This document shows positions 24,792 to 37,190 of a DNA stretch of 64,000 bases, piece by piece. The notes under the pieces are model-generated. The model was not told where the DNA came from and did not search any database. It saw nothing but the letters and a program-made list of their open reading frames with translations. The DNA lies in NCBI GenBank assembly GCA_013265495.1, contig MU058423.1:7301449-7365448 (forward strand), written 5' to 3'. Numbering within the stretch: position 1 is the first letter of the stretch; every line of letters begins with the position of its first letter. Position numbers and translations under genes: made by a program. The DNA is from Vicugna vicugna (taxonomy: Eukaryota).

Positions 24792-25068
24792 TGTTGGTTT
24801 GAAATCAATCGACTGCTAGATATTTCTCCAGCAAAGATGGGTTTATTTGGAATCAGCAGAGAATTGTAATGTGCAAGTCCCTCCATGGCCAGAGAAAGAG
24901 AATAGTTTTATAGAGGAGAAAAGGACATTGGGAGGGCTGTAGTAAACAACAAAAATCCATGGCTTTTCATTGGTTGGGTCCTTTCCAGGAGAGAAGAGGG
25001 TTCTTTCTTCTTCCTCCTTGAGAACTTCCCTTTTCTGGTCTCCCAACTCTACTTAATTGAGGTTTTAC
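24792..25068 (-). mobile_element. 5' LTR of the provirus
   Basis: abuts the PBS and is homologous to 19345-19667. Confidence 0.9.
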
Positions 25069-25190
25069 GATAGTGTTAGAATTCAGTTGAATTGTAGGGC
25101 ACCCAGCTGCTGTCCTAAAAATTGCTTTTTGGGGTGGGGAAACCATCCCCTCCACTCCCTGGGCATATGGGAATTGATGCCAGAACCTAT
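25069..25190 (+). mobile_element. MER21-like LTR, 3' part
   Basis: atagtgttagaattcagttgaattgtagggcacccagctgctgtc resumes the MER21 pattern where 19340 stopped. Confidence 0.85.
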
Positions 25191-26239
25191 TTAAATGTCC
25201 TCCTGCATATTATTTTGCAGAAATTCTTCTTAAATGTAATAATTATGCATCTGAATATGTATCTAATGGAAATTGAGCAATCAGAAATCACAGTTTCATA
25301 AACTACATATAAATAGAAAATTTAAAGTAGATCTAAAGATATGAGACGATTTGGGTGGGAAGTAACGTATTCATAATGAGCAGTTCTATGATTTACCCCA
25401 TTTGTACTTAATTACGTTGACTTTGACTCATTACAACTGACATTCTAAATATTTTAGCACACGTGGAAATTCTGATGCTTATGATTTTTCTTGGCTTCTT
25501 GTACATTTTAAAAGTATGAAATAAAATTTAAGAAATAAGACTGCAAAAGCAATGGCAGTATGTTAATAAATTTTTTCCTACTACATTTTCAAAATGAAGA
25601 AACAAATACTTCCAATCTTGAAAACATTATTTTAAAACAAAATTTCAATATTAATTTTATGCTAAAATTAATATGACTTGAATGTCATTGAATATTTTTC
25701 ATAAAGAATTTAAAATCAAATAGTAAATACTCAATTTTTTGTTGAAAATCACATGCAAATACACTAAGTTTTGAATAACAAGCTATACTTTTAGATATTT
25801 ATTTCTTGCTACTTGAGTTTGTGAGTATATTTTGGGCACAAATGGCAGGATTTAACGTAAATTGCCTTATTTTAAAGGAATGCACAAATTCATCACAAAA
25901 TGTGAGAAACATCCCACTGTATAATGATTTGCTTCATGCTTCTTTCCCTGGGTACTTTTGCCTGTCTCCTCCAAGGAATTTCAGTTATTTTGCAGTTGAG
26001 GTCTACATATTTGAGCCCTTCCCAAGAGTCTAAATGTATTAAAAACAAACTGAAACAAAAGAAAAAGAAAAGTAAAAAAAAGTGTCCGGGAGCTATTTGT
26101 TATGAGAATACTGTGACATCAGTAACTACTACTTCTGGAACAATGGAGAAAGATCAAGAATTCTTAAAAAGAATCTTTACTAATGGATCCTTTTAGTAAA
26201 CTTCTCTTCTTCCCCTTGCAAGATAAACTATCCCCAAGG

Positions 26240-26733
26240 ATGCCTTCAAAAGTGCTATCCCACTGCAGCATCCAGCTCAAGTCTTCTCAAGCAAATCAAG
26301 CTGAGTTTATGATATCTCGCAATTGTGCAGGTCAGGAATTTGGGCATAATTTAGCTAAGTGGTTTTTCTACTCATTCGGCTTGAACTGAGGTCACTTGGT
26401 GGAATTCTACATTTAGTTGCGCTGATCTGGAGGGTCTGAAACAGGTTCAATGACATGTCTGAAGCCTTGGTGGTAATATCAGGAAGTCTCGGCTCAGTTG
26501 GAATTGTTGAATGGTATGCTTTCTCATGACATATTCAGCTTGGTGGTCTCAGGGTATTTGGAATTGTTATATGTCAGTCCATAACTCCCAAAGAGAGGTT
26601 CCAAAAGATAAAAGTGGTCCTAGAAACTGGTACAACATTGCTTCTGTCATGACCTACTGGCCAAAGGAGAGTCCACTCAAGTTCAGAATGAATGAGTGCC
26701 AAACAATTTTATGAACATTTTTAATCAGCCACA
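26240..26733 (-). mobile_element. MLT1 (G/H-like) MaLR LTR
   Basis: ggtcaggaatttgggc...gctgatctggagggtctgaa...ggctcagttgga...tttttaatcagccaca. Confidence 0.75.
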
Positions 26734-26924
26734 CCACTCACATAGAAAAGATAAGATGTCAGTAACACATTTAAAAGAATCTTCACTATTGTAAATAGGA
26801 AAATGATGGCTACAGGTCTTTGAAGATTTGAGAAGTGAAAAGATAGATTACCTGCAGAAGGTAATGTTTGATGAAGCTCTTAAGGTTTCCTTTGGAGCTA
26901 GGTAAGTCTAGGTTGGTACCCTGG

Positions 26925-27474
26925 TGTTGGGGAAGAAGAAATTCTCTTGACCCTTCTAGGTTTTTCTGGCTGGTCTAAGAATTAAATTGACATGAAACAG
27001 ATTAATAAGAGAAAAATGAAACAAAAATTTAATAACATGTGCACATGGGAGAGACCCAGGACTGAGTAACTTGCCAAAATGGCAAATATCCTCACTTTAA
27101 ATATTATCTTTAACTAAAGACAAAAGATAATATCGGAGGTTAGTGGTCTGAGACCTCAAAGGGGAAGAAGGCAATTGATATGGAGATGGAAAAACAAATG
27201 TTTGGTAAACAACTCTTTGTGGGGAGCCATGCAGAGAGGATGGGACACAGAGAGGAATTGTAATAAACAGTCTTCACTAGTTTCCTCCTTGTCAATCACG
27301 CTGAATTCATACAATAGTTGTCTATGGTGATGACTGCCTTCCTTGAACAGGCCTTTTATCTACCTTCTTCAGGCAGTTAGGGGGAAGGTCAAAGGTTCTT
27401 CCTGATTATTTTCAGCTCAAAATAATCCACATGCCAAAGAGACATTTTGGGGTGACAAATTTTGCTCCCCTATA
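26925..27474 (-). mobile_element. MER34/MER39-like ERV1 solo LTR inserted in a MIR (about 26890-27650)
   Basis: ttttcagctcaaaataatccacatgccaaagagacattttggggtgac terminus, TSD ctgg/atgg, MIR continues after 27475. Confidence 0.82.
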
Positions 27475-28019
27475 ATGGCTCTGCCATTTTCTAGTTCTTT
27501 GAATTAGAAAAGTTACTTAACATTTCACTCAGTCTTCTCATCTGCAAAATGATGATGGTAAAACCTATTTAGAAAATTAAGTATTAGTTTTAGTAATCTG
27601 TGTTAAGACATAGCATAGTATTTTGAACACAGTAAGCATTCAATGTCTTGCACAGTTATTTTAATTGAACTTTTGGTTGGTAGTAAAGCTCCAGGCAATT
27701 CAAGGCAGAAGCGTAGCAATGAGAAGAAAGCACCATGAAGAACAACAAATCTAGTTTTATCTTTTAACTGATTTGATAATGTCAACAATCAAATCTACCG
27801 TTCTACTTGACGGTAAACAGTATCCTCAATTATGTCATTTGGTGTAAAATTCTATATGATTAATAAGTTTAAGAATTAGTAATGTGAAATTTTGAGAATG
27901 TTAAAAATTTAATTTTAGAAGCTACTGTTTGATGATGAAATAATACTTCAAATTAGTTTGAATAAAGATAGAGCATAAGACTTATTTGTAAAGGAACTAT
28001 TTTGAAGGTATCATTTTCT

Positions 28020-28147
28020 TTTTATTTTTAATTGAAGTATAGTCAGTTTACAATTTCTGGTATTCTTTTTTGTATTCTTTTTCACCATAGGTTACTATAA
28101 GATATTAAATATAATTTCCTGTGCTATACAAAGAAACTTATTGTTTA
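28020..28147 (-). mobile_element. short L1 3' end with TSD
   Basis: aattgaagtatagtcagtttacaat...taggttactataagatattaaatata...ctgtgctataca, flanked by aaggtatcattttct / aagatattattttct. Confidence 0.85.
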
Positions 28148-29929
28148 AAGATATTATTTTCTATGAGGCAGTTCCTGAAGGAAAATCTAAGCCTTCTCTT
28201 AATACCAAGACCAAAAACCTTTAGGAATTTTCCTGGATGCATACATAGCATTCTTTAAATAATACATGTAGAAAAAAAAAAACAGATCAATATAATTCTT
28301 TTAGGCATTAAGACTCCAGTGACAAAGTTTTTCACAAGTTTTGAAACTGCTTTCCCAACTTAATTTACATAGAAACATTTTTAAATTCCACTTAACCCTA
28401 ACCTAATGTTAATTCATTCCCTCAAGAGTAAACTTGGTGCAGCCCAAAGTAATTGTTATGAGAAGCCACTTACTCTGATTAAACTCTCTTGAATGTTTTC
28501 ATAGAAATCTACTTTATTGGAAAACAATATTCCAAGAAATGGCCTAAATGTTCCTTCAGCTAATGCCACTTGAATGCTCTTGGTCCTAAAGGAAAAACTT
28601 AAAGAGATATAAAAAGTTAATTAGATATGGTACATGCAAATGATTATGAGTACTTAATTAGCAGTATTCCTTAAACTGGCACAATATGTAACCGAATATG
28701 TCGCTTAATGGCTTTGTTATTAATCAATTCTTAATGTAAACAGTTTGAAGCTCTTGTTTGGTAATGTTCATTATAAATAGTCCCTGTGGGAATCACAACT
28801 TTATTTCATTAAAACTCCTGCCTGCTGCTAATTGCTGCTAGGAAAACATGCACAAATTAATTGTGTTTTAGGAGCCAATGATGTAAATTTATAAGCTTCT
28901 GCATTGATTACGGGACTGCTATATTGTAGATCATTCTTTTCCATGGTGATAGATAGCATACAGTAGCTGGCAACACTGACCTGTTTTAAATCAATAACAC
29001 TTGGTGAGTAAGTCTTGCTATTACAAAGGCTAAAAAAAATTGTTTGAAAAGTCTATGTTTATCATGCCAGCTGGGACAAAATATGAGCTTAGGTTATGGG
29101 CAATTAATTTGTAAGTTTCAATGGCTTTTCTTGTGCAAAAGAATTACTAGGCTTTAGCAAGGATGACTGATGCACCTTAACTTGGTTAGCATTTTTTAAA
29201 GAGATACTGAAATTACAAAAAAAAAAAATTCACAAATAAATGTAGTCCTGCCTGTTGACAATTCCTCCCTAATGTTTTACGGGTACAAATGGCCTGTCCA
29301 GTATGTACCACAAGAGATGAATTTAAAACCCCAGATGTTAAGATGCTGGACTGAAGAGTACATACCACACTGGCTTTCAAGTGCAGATTGATACCAATGA
29401 GAGGAAACCTGTTTATATTCTTAGTGGGTTGCTGATGTCTTAGCTTGTGGTTTCCACAATATTTCCGAAAATAAGACCAGCTGTCAACAGGGGAAATGAA
29501 CAGTATCCATATAGGCAGATATACCTTCATACTTTGATGAAATAATATTTGTTCAATATATTTTTATTGACTTTGGATGGTACTATTTCTGTAACTTTTT
29601 TTACTATTATTTTTTTCCAATGATTCAATAATAAAATAAAATTATACCTTTTCCAAAAACTTTGCCTTGTACAAATCCTTACAGTGTTTTTGTGAAAGTG
29701 GCACAATACATTGCCTGAAATCTATACTAAATATACTCTTAAAATCTATGAAAAGCCAAAGCACACAAAAATTAGATTCATAGATGTCATATCTTAGTTA
29801 AACGGGGGAGGTGAGCAAATCCTTGACTGTCAAGCATGTTGTATAAATGTTTTACTGACGTCGGATGTGAGATAAAACACAACTGATTTTGTCTAGCATA
29901 AAAAATATCAATTCAGATAGAAACAACAG

Positions 29930-30790
29930 TCATTTTGATCATTTAAAATTAATATGCTTAATTTTTGTGGTTCAATAGGTATACGGTTCCAAAATTGGAA
30001 AGCATAAGAAAATTATACTGTGAATAGTATTCCTCTGTCTCTCACCTTCCCAGTTTTTTTCTTTCCATCTGACTAGGACAAGGATACTAGACACACTGTA
30101 ATATGACTGACTTTCATTCCTGCCAGTAAATGTTTTCCAGTTCTGATGCAGCCTGAGGGCTTCCTGATTTTCTCTGAGTCTTTTATAGCCGTACCAAAAC
30201 TTATATAAGCAGTGCCTTGTTGATGAATTTTAATGTCTTATATTGTGTTATTATGATTAATGTTAATAACAATCTTGTACATATTATTTTGCATGTATAT
30301 GAATATATTTCTAAGAAAAAGTCCCCAACTTAGAATTTCTGCTTCAAAAGGTATTTACATTTTTATTTCTGGTAGATATTTTCAAACTGTTACAAAAGTA
30401 GTGTACGAATTACACTCCTACTAACAAGGTACGGGATTATCTACTTGTCCATCTATTTCTCCAAAGTGTTTTCCAACTGGGATTTATAAAAATTTGATAA
30501 ACAGTGTCATCTCTGGATAGTTGAAACATATCTTTTTCTAATTGTAAGTGATAATGAACAATTTTAAAACGTTTAAAATCCAATTCTATTCCCACTCCAC
30601 TCCCAACCACACACACCTTTTTTTCTTTCTTTTTGTGAACTATCCATTCACTTCCTTTACCCATTTTTTTGCTTTCCTTGTTGGATTTTTTTTTACGATT
30701 TCTAGCAGGACTTCATAATTAAAAAGATTAGTCCTTTTAACATGGGTTGCAAATATTTTTCCCATTCGTAAATTTTCCTTATGTTTGTTT
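29930..30790 (-). mobile_element. old L1 (L1ME-like) fragment
   Basis: agaatttctgcttcaaaaggtat...gtagatattttcaaactg...ttacactcc...ttgcaaatattttttcccatt. Confidence 0.7.
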
Positions 30791-32125
30791 TCCTACTCTG
30801 AAAGCCTTATCTCCTCATCCTCATCTCTGAACGTTTACTTTCTTAAGCAAACCAAGCTTTTATGGACACTAATTCCCCTGAGACTTTTCAAATCGTGGTG
30901 AATATTTTTCTCCTGTAGCCATGAACCTTGAAGCGAGCTCGGAGTCTTTCTTGCTTCAAATTTCCACCTCCAAACTGTTCCTCCTCCCTCTTCTGCAAAT
31001 ACTCCCAGCACTGACTCTTTGTTGATAAAATGACACAGCTACTGTTGGTTTTTTCTTTTCTTTTCAGTCATCTACACACACACACAGGTCACCTCTCTCA
31101 CTTATTCAAACACTTAACTCCTGTCTTCCGATCATATCCTCCGCCACGCCTCCTGTCTTACTTCCTGGTGGTTTCTGTATCCAGAGTGAGGATCATGCCA
31201 ACACCCTGGCCTCTATTTCCTTGAACTTCTTTCCTTCTTTTTGTGCTTATTCTCATCTTCACATTGACCTCAGCCAGCTGCCCACTGAATATGTCCCACT
31301 ACCAATATCTGTAACCCCTCCGTGCACTCAAGTTTCAATTACCCTGCTCTCTGAACACCACGTCCTTTCTCATTAAGCTAATCTCTTCTGGCACAAAATT
31401 CTGACACTCATTCAGCCCCTCAGGGACTGCCAACCCATTAATCCCACCAGCATTTCCTGCTCCTTCTGTCTCCTCAGATACGTAACTCCCTCTTTATCAA
31501 GATAAACGCCACAGGAAATCACCAACTTTATAATCACTCCCTTGCATGTACCTTCAAATCTTTTGCATCTCTCTCTCTTTCTTGTGGCTCCAACCTGGTG
31601 AAATCTTGTCCTTCCTTTATCTTTATCTTTATCTGCTCCAGTGTGGTCTTCTTGAGATCCTTTGAGCGAAAGACTTCCCCCAGATATATCGCCATAAAGG
31701 CTGCTCCTCTTCCTTCTGTGAGACTTGAGAAAACTATCATTTCCTTAAGGCTACTCTTTCCACTTTTTAAATACTGCCCTGCTCCTCCCTCACCCTTAGG
31801 TTTCCTATTCTCCTTGTCTTCCTGTTCTGCTGTATTTTCCTCTGTAACAGTTATACCTTCTAATAGACTATTCTTTTTGAAATTTGATTTAACTATTGTT
31901 CTCTCTTCCCTCTCAGATACAGGATAGAGTGTGAGCTCTAATCACTTCTCAGCCTTTTGGCTAAGATCAAGTGAGTGTGAGCTCTAGCTACCAATGTCTG
32001 TCATGCGTTTGTTTGTTTGTTTGACTGAGGTAGTCTCAGTTCCCAGAACAATGTTTGGTTCATAGAAGCATCTTGTATTAATAAATATAAAACCATATGT
32101 TCCATAAATGAATGAACAGATGAAA
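30790..32125 (+). mobile_element. L2 (L2a-like) LINE ending in an aatgaatgaa tail
   Basis: pyrimidine-rich L2 body. 3' end tagagtgtgagctc...cccagaacaatgtttgg...aataaata...aaatgaatgaa. Confidence 0.7.
31941..31973 (+). pseudogene. 3'-truncated (tailless) U2 snRNA retropseudogene
   Basis: atcacttctcagccttttggctaagatcaagtg matches U2 nt 1-33 (ATCGCTTCTCGGCCTTTTGGCTAAGATCAAGTG) with two CpG transitions. Perfect 14-bp TSD gagtgtgagctcta at 31927-31940 and 31973-31986. Confidence 0.95.
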
Positions 32126-34369
32126 ATTGCCTCCAATAACCGGTGATTGTAGCACAGACAGTCCTGACCTGGGCACAGATGTATCTTTCCCCTTCTAGGT
32201 TATTTTTGAGAATTTTCAAGTGTTTTCCCAAAGCTGAAATAACTCCTAACTGGATGCATCAGTACTAAAACTGATATATATATATATTCTTTCCATTGCA
32301 CTATCTAGCCTCAGAGCAAATTTATCTTCATTTGATGTTTAACTGTGAAAATATCTGTCCTCCAGAATTTGTGCTATATTGTGCTTCTGTTAAAATGTTA
32401 TTACCACAGACACATTTATTATAAATATAGGAGAGAGACCAAATAAGAAAAAGCTTGTGACTCCAGATCTCAAATTTTCTATAATAGAGGATGGATAATG
32501 ATACAAAAGGATTAATTCATTCCCAGGCTACTTTCATAAAGGAAAGACAATTTTGTGAAATAAAATTTATGTCCGTTCTTTTCTAGGTAAGATGATTTGC
32601 TATAATTGCCCTGTTGGAATTTTATTATGCTCGTGGATGCAAAGGAAATTTGTTTCTAAATTAAAAAGAGTACTGTTTGTCTGTCTTCTATAGCAAGGCA
32701 CTTTGCTGCCGCCATTTATTTTGTTACACAATGTTCGACACAGTACAAACCATTTTTACAGATATCATATCTACATTATACAAGGCTCCGTATTCCAGGA
32801 AGCTTAAGCTCTTAAGCCAATGAATGCAGCTTTCTGCTCCACACAGTTACAAATTATGAAGCATATTTAAGGGCGATTACATAGTTGGTAGCAGTTAGAT
32901 TAATGTTTAACATAATTTCATGTTCATTTTGTAAATTTCCCTCCACATTACTAATTAAGACATGTCAGTGGCTATCCCTAGGTATTAAATCAGTAAGAAG
33001 TGTTCAACTACCTTGTTAGAAACTCAAAATATTCAATTGTGCTAACCTAGGTGATTCAGGTAGTACTGTATTTATTTTTTCCTGTAACTCTTAAAAAATG
33101 GAATGTGTAGAAAACCACATACATTTCCTAAAACCTCTGGAGATTTTCATCTTCCTGGTAGCATTTCCTCCTGCACAAATTGAAAATGGAATTTAATTTT
33201 CAAATGTCAAGTAAAGACCGTAAAATAACATCCTGGTAATGATAAAGGTGGAAAAGCTGGTAATATTTTCTCCAGTATTATTTTGCCACTTGGCTAATGA
33301 AAGTAACTAGGATGACTAATCACTTTCTAGGATGCAGGTAAATTATTAACAAGCTGTTTCCTTTCTTTCCCAAAAATGTATCAGTTCAAGTCACCAGTTT
33401 AAGACATCAATTGCAGGATACTTAAGTAAGTGGTAGCTGAAGTAAACAGACCTTTTTTTAAATTTTATTTTGAAAAATAAGTAAATCAGATTTAGGATCA
33501 TCATTGGGCTTCAGGAACCGTGTTAGTTTTGATAATCTCAGACTAATCAGACAGGCATCAGTCTGAGATAACAAAGAACTGACTACAGGTGTAGATATTA
33601 TACTATATATTCCTTTTGACATTTAGCAGTAAGCACCCATTTCTACTACTGGTAAGTCCCTAAAAAGTTGTCAATAATCTGTGTTTTAAAATATTATCAT
33701 GTTCATATTCAAATACATATACTAAATATTTGAATCTTGGACATTTTAGAATTCACTTTGAACTTGGTGTTTTCAATTATTTATTTTTAAAAATTATATG
33801 CCATTCTCATGGGAAAGAATGATTAGACATCAATTTGAGCCAGCTCTAGCGAGTAGTTTGTTGTCCCATTACAGTGTGCAGCCATGTGCAGCTCTGACTT
33901 TTGGGTTAGAGCTCCCAGAGAACACCTGATAATTGAATTTGTGCTTATGAAATTGAAGTTTGAAAAATTTAGTGCTATTAGATTGATTTTTTTAAAAGAG
34001 TACATGTAGATATATTAGAGTCCCATTTGGAACCAAACACATTAAAAAATAGTTCTAGTGCTAAAACTTACTGTTCTTGGGTATGAAGCTTCTGGTTTTG
34101 AAAAATCTAAATTATTGTCTTGACATATGTAAAATTTTTACAAGTACAATATGTATGTATGTGCCAGTTTTCTTAAAAATACAAAAATCTTTGTGTTGTT
34201 TCACCTTGCTAAGAAAAAAAAAAAAAAAAGGAAAAGGAAAAAAAAGGAAACCCATAGCTAAATGTCTGCAAAATAAAGTCAAGGAACATCTTTATAATTT
34301 GGACCTTTGCAGATAAGTAAGAAATGGATTCTAGGTTACATTCAGAGTAACATAACTGTAAGAATAAGG

Positions 34370-34580
34370 ATTTAGGAGACAAACTACCCAATTATTAAGC
34401 CCTGCTCAAACACTTACTAGCTACACAGTTTGGATAATTTTCTCTGTGCTATATGTGTCCTTCTTCTATACAATAAGGCTAATAAAAGTATCTTCTTGTA
34501 TATTTTAATAAATATTAATGAAAAAATATGCAAAATGCTTAAGACATTTCCAGGCAAATAATGAACATCTTATAATTATT
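34370..34580 (+). mobile_element. MIR SINE
   Basis: ccctgctcaaacacttactagct...tctctgtgct...aatatgcaaaatgcttaagacatttccaggcaaata. Confidence 0.65.
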
Positions 34581-34659
34581 TGCTTTCCTAACTCTCTTTT
34601 GCTACATGGTTTGAAGCCACAAATTCTACGCTAGATTTCCATACATAATTGGTTCATAT

Positions 34660-35420
34660 TACATTAGAGACAAAGGAAAATCTGTGAGATTCTTTAAAAT
34701 CAAGAACAAGTCAACGATGTATCCTACCATTGCTTCTGTTCAACATGGTATAATAAGTACTACCCCACAGAGTAAGAGAAATTTTTAAAAATTAAAATGT
34801 ATAAGGATTAGAAAGAAAGAAACTGTGTAGTTATTCACAGGTGATATGAATTTAAAGTCAGTATTGCATACTCAATTCCATTTATATCTACCAGCATAAA
34901 CAGCTAGAAATTTAAACATATTTAAAAAAATCATTTACAATGAATAACAAAAGATGAGGTAAGCAGGAATAAATCTAACTTGTTTTCAAGACCTATACGT
35001 ACACAATTAGAAAGAGTCTTGACATTTATGAAAAACTAAATGTTCATGGGTGTGAAGATAAAATATTGATGAGATGTCAGTTCTCTTCAAGTGTAGTATA
35101 GGATAAAGCCAATTTTTTTCCTTTAAAAATTTTTTTTGGGGGTAATTAGGTTTGTTTGTTTGTTTGTTTGTTTATTTTAATGGCGATACTGGAGACTGAA
35201 CCCAGGAGCTCATGCATGCTAAGCATATCCCTCCCCTGGATGAAGCCATTTTCAATCAAAATCCCAAAGAATTTTGTGAAGAATGTTTCAGTTGGATTTT
35301 AATGATTAGTTATTGTAGAAAAGGCTTCAAAAATAGCCAACGCATTCCTGAAGGGGAAAGATTACATAGCGGTATTACTAAAATATTCAATTTATTTAAA
35401 AGCTTCACTAATCAGGAAAA
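34660..35420 (+). mobile_element. decayed L1 ORF2 fragment
   Basis: aaatcaagaacaagtcaacgatgtatcctaccattgcttctgttcaacatggta (SGTRQGCPLSPLLFNIV-like) and ttattcacaggtgatatga (LFADDM-like). Confidence 0.7.
35112..35237 (-). mobile_element. tRNA-Ala-derived SINE (Vic-1-like), internally deleted
   Basis: gtaattaggtttgtt...tactggagactgaacccagg...catgcatgctaagc, TSD ggataaagcca/ggatgaagcca. Confidence 0.85.
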
Positions 35421-35429
35421 GGATTACAA

Positions 35430-37190
35430 GTTGTTTGCTGTTGCATGTGAAGAACGGGGGTAGGAGTGCACATGCACTTTCTTACCCTGGGACTCCATCC
35501 AGCTCTCACAGGGTTCGGCACGACACTGGTGCACTCTAGTAATGCCATTATGTTGATTGGACTTGGGGAACAGAGAGTGGCAGGTACGTTAGATGCCTAT
35601 GAGTGTGCCAAAGGATGGATTTGTCTGAAGTTTTTAGAGGTCTCTGGTCTGGGGCATGTAGCATAAATAAAGTGGCCATGAATTGCATCCCTATCATTAA
35701 GGCAGTTCTTGATGAGTTTCTTTAGATTTTGAAGGCAGCATACACCAAACTAGGGGATACTGTTTCAACCTGCCAACCATGTGACTAAGAAGTCTGACAG
35801 TTTCAAGTCACAGAGAAAAAGAGAACTTTGTAGCAGGGTCAGGTTGCAATACAAGATGCCTTCTATTTGTGCTATATGTCCCAGGAAACCAGTGGTGTTG
35901 GAGACACCATAGTTGTGTAAGGATGCTGTGTGGAGTCTCAATAGCAGATTCTCAGAAAGGTTATGAAGAAAAGCAGTGCCGTTTGTGACACAAAACAAAA
36001 CAACAAAACAAAATTTTTCTCTTTCATAGAAAAAACTCCTGGCATGCTCTGGGTTTCTGACCATGGGATCTGCATTTTCCATTTGGAGTTGGGTATCATC
36101 AGAGCCACTGAACATAATGCCATGAGGACAAATAAGCAAGCCATTGTACCGGGGAAAGGATGTGGTGAGAACTGAACTTGATCAGATCCAGAAGGCATGA
36201 GTGAAATTACATGATTATGTGGCCCAGACAATCATAATACTTATCCATATTACACTGACATCCCTCTTCCAAGTCCCGCCTATGGCTCAATGGGGCTTTT
36301 CTATACCTGGACAGCTTCCAAGATCGATTAGCACAATATGCTGATACAAGCTGAAAAGAGACTGCTGCCAAGCACCAAGCAGGAGGGGCCCTGACGGACA
36401 GCGGTAAAAGGAAGTCCTCCCAGCACAGCTGTGAGGAATATGCTTGCTATTAAATTCATACAGGTTGACTGAAACATTACGCTGTACATCAGAAATGGAC
36501 ACACTGTAAACTGACTATACTTCAATAAATTCATATGGATGGAGGAATGGTCTGGAGTATGGCTAATGTTGAATGACTTGAATAGATATTTTCAGGGGCT
36601 TGGAAAAGAGATGAGAAGAATGGAGGCAAGGAAACCTGAGGAAGAAACATCTGGAATGTTCTATAGGGGCTGCACAATTTATACCCATCAAACTGCATCC
36701 ATTGTAGAGAAAGCACTCAACCACCATGTGGAAAGAATGAGCCATTCTCTTCCCTTGATCACAACAGTAATGGCATGATGGGCCTATGAAAGGGCTGGCC
36801 GTGGAGCTGAATGTATGCCTGAAACTCCCTTAGCTGATTCCCTGCCTGGTGATAGTAACACAACAGTTGCAGCAACCACCTTACAAAGCCAAGAATAAAG
36901 GCTCAGAATCCCTGGGGAGACAGGTGTTAGTCACTTGACAAGGAGATTAGCCTTGAATAGCCAAAGTGCTGCAAAGCAGAAATGACATCTAGAATGAGTG
37001 CTCGGGGAGGGAGATGAGGGGTACCAGCGGTGTCTTCAAGACCAGTGTCTGTAGCATGGAGCGTAGTTTTTATTTCTGATTTTTTTTTCACAAGCTCTCT
37101 TGTGTCTTTAAAAAAATGCTCTTTGCCACCACCGGTGACAGATTGAGTTTTATGGAAGGTGTGAGTGAATCTGAATAATGCAAGTGGGCT
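35430..37190 (+). mobile_element. ERVL internal remnant (ERV3-16A3_I-like pol)
   Basis: ccagaaggcatgagtgaaattacatgattatgtggcccagac, ggaagtcctcccag and tcaggggcttggaaaagag...ggaggcaaggaaacctgaggaaga resemble decayed ERVL pol. Directly upstream of an LTR16. Confidence 0.65.

Larger units (their letters stand above)
19345..25068 (-). mobile_element. defective class I (gamma-like, HERV-I-related) provirus: LTR-PBS(Ile)-gag-deleted pol-PPT-LTR, no env
   Basis: two homologous LTRs, PBS, PPT and decayed Gag, RT, RNase H and integrase motifs in the correct order on the minus strand. Confidence 0.93.

Noticed and set aside
31941..31973. Functional U2 snRNA gene
   Set aside because: Only 33 nt are present, flanked by a TSD, with no Sm site or 3' stem-loops.
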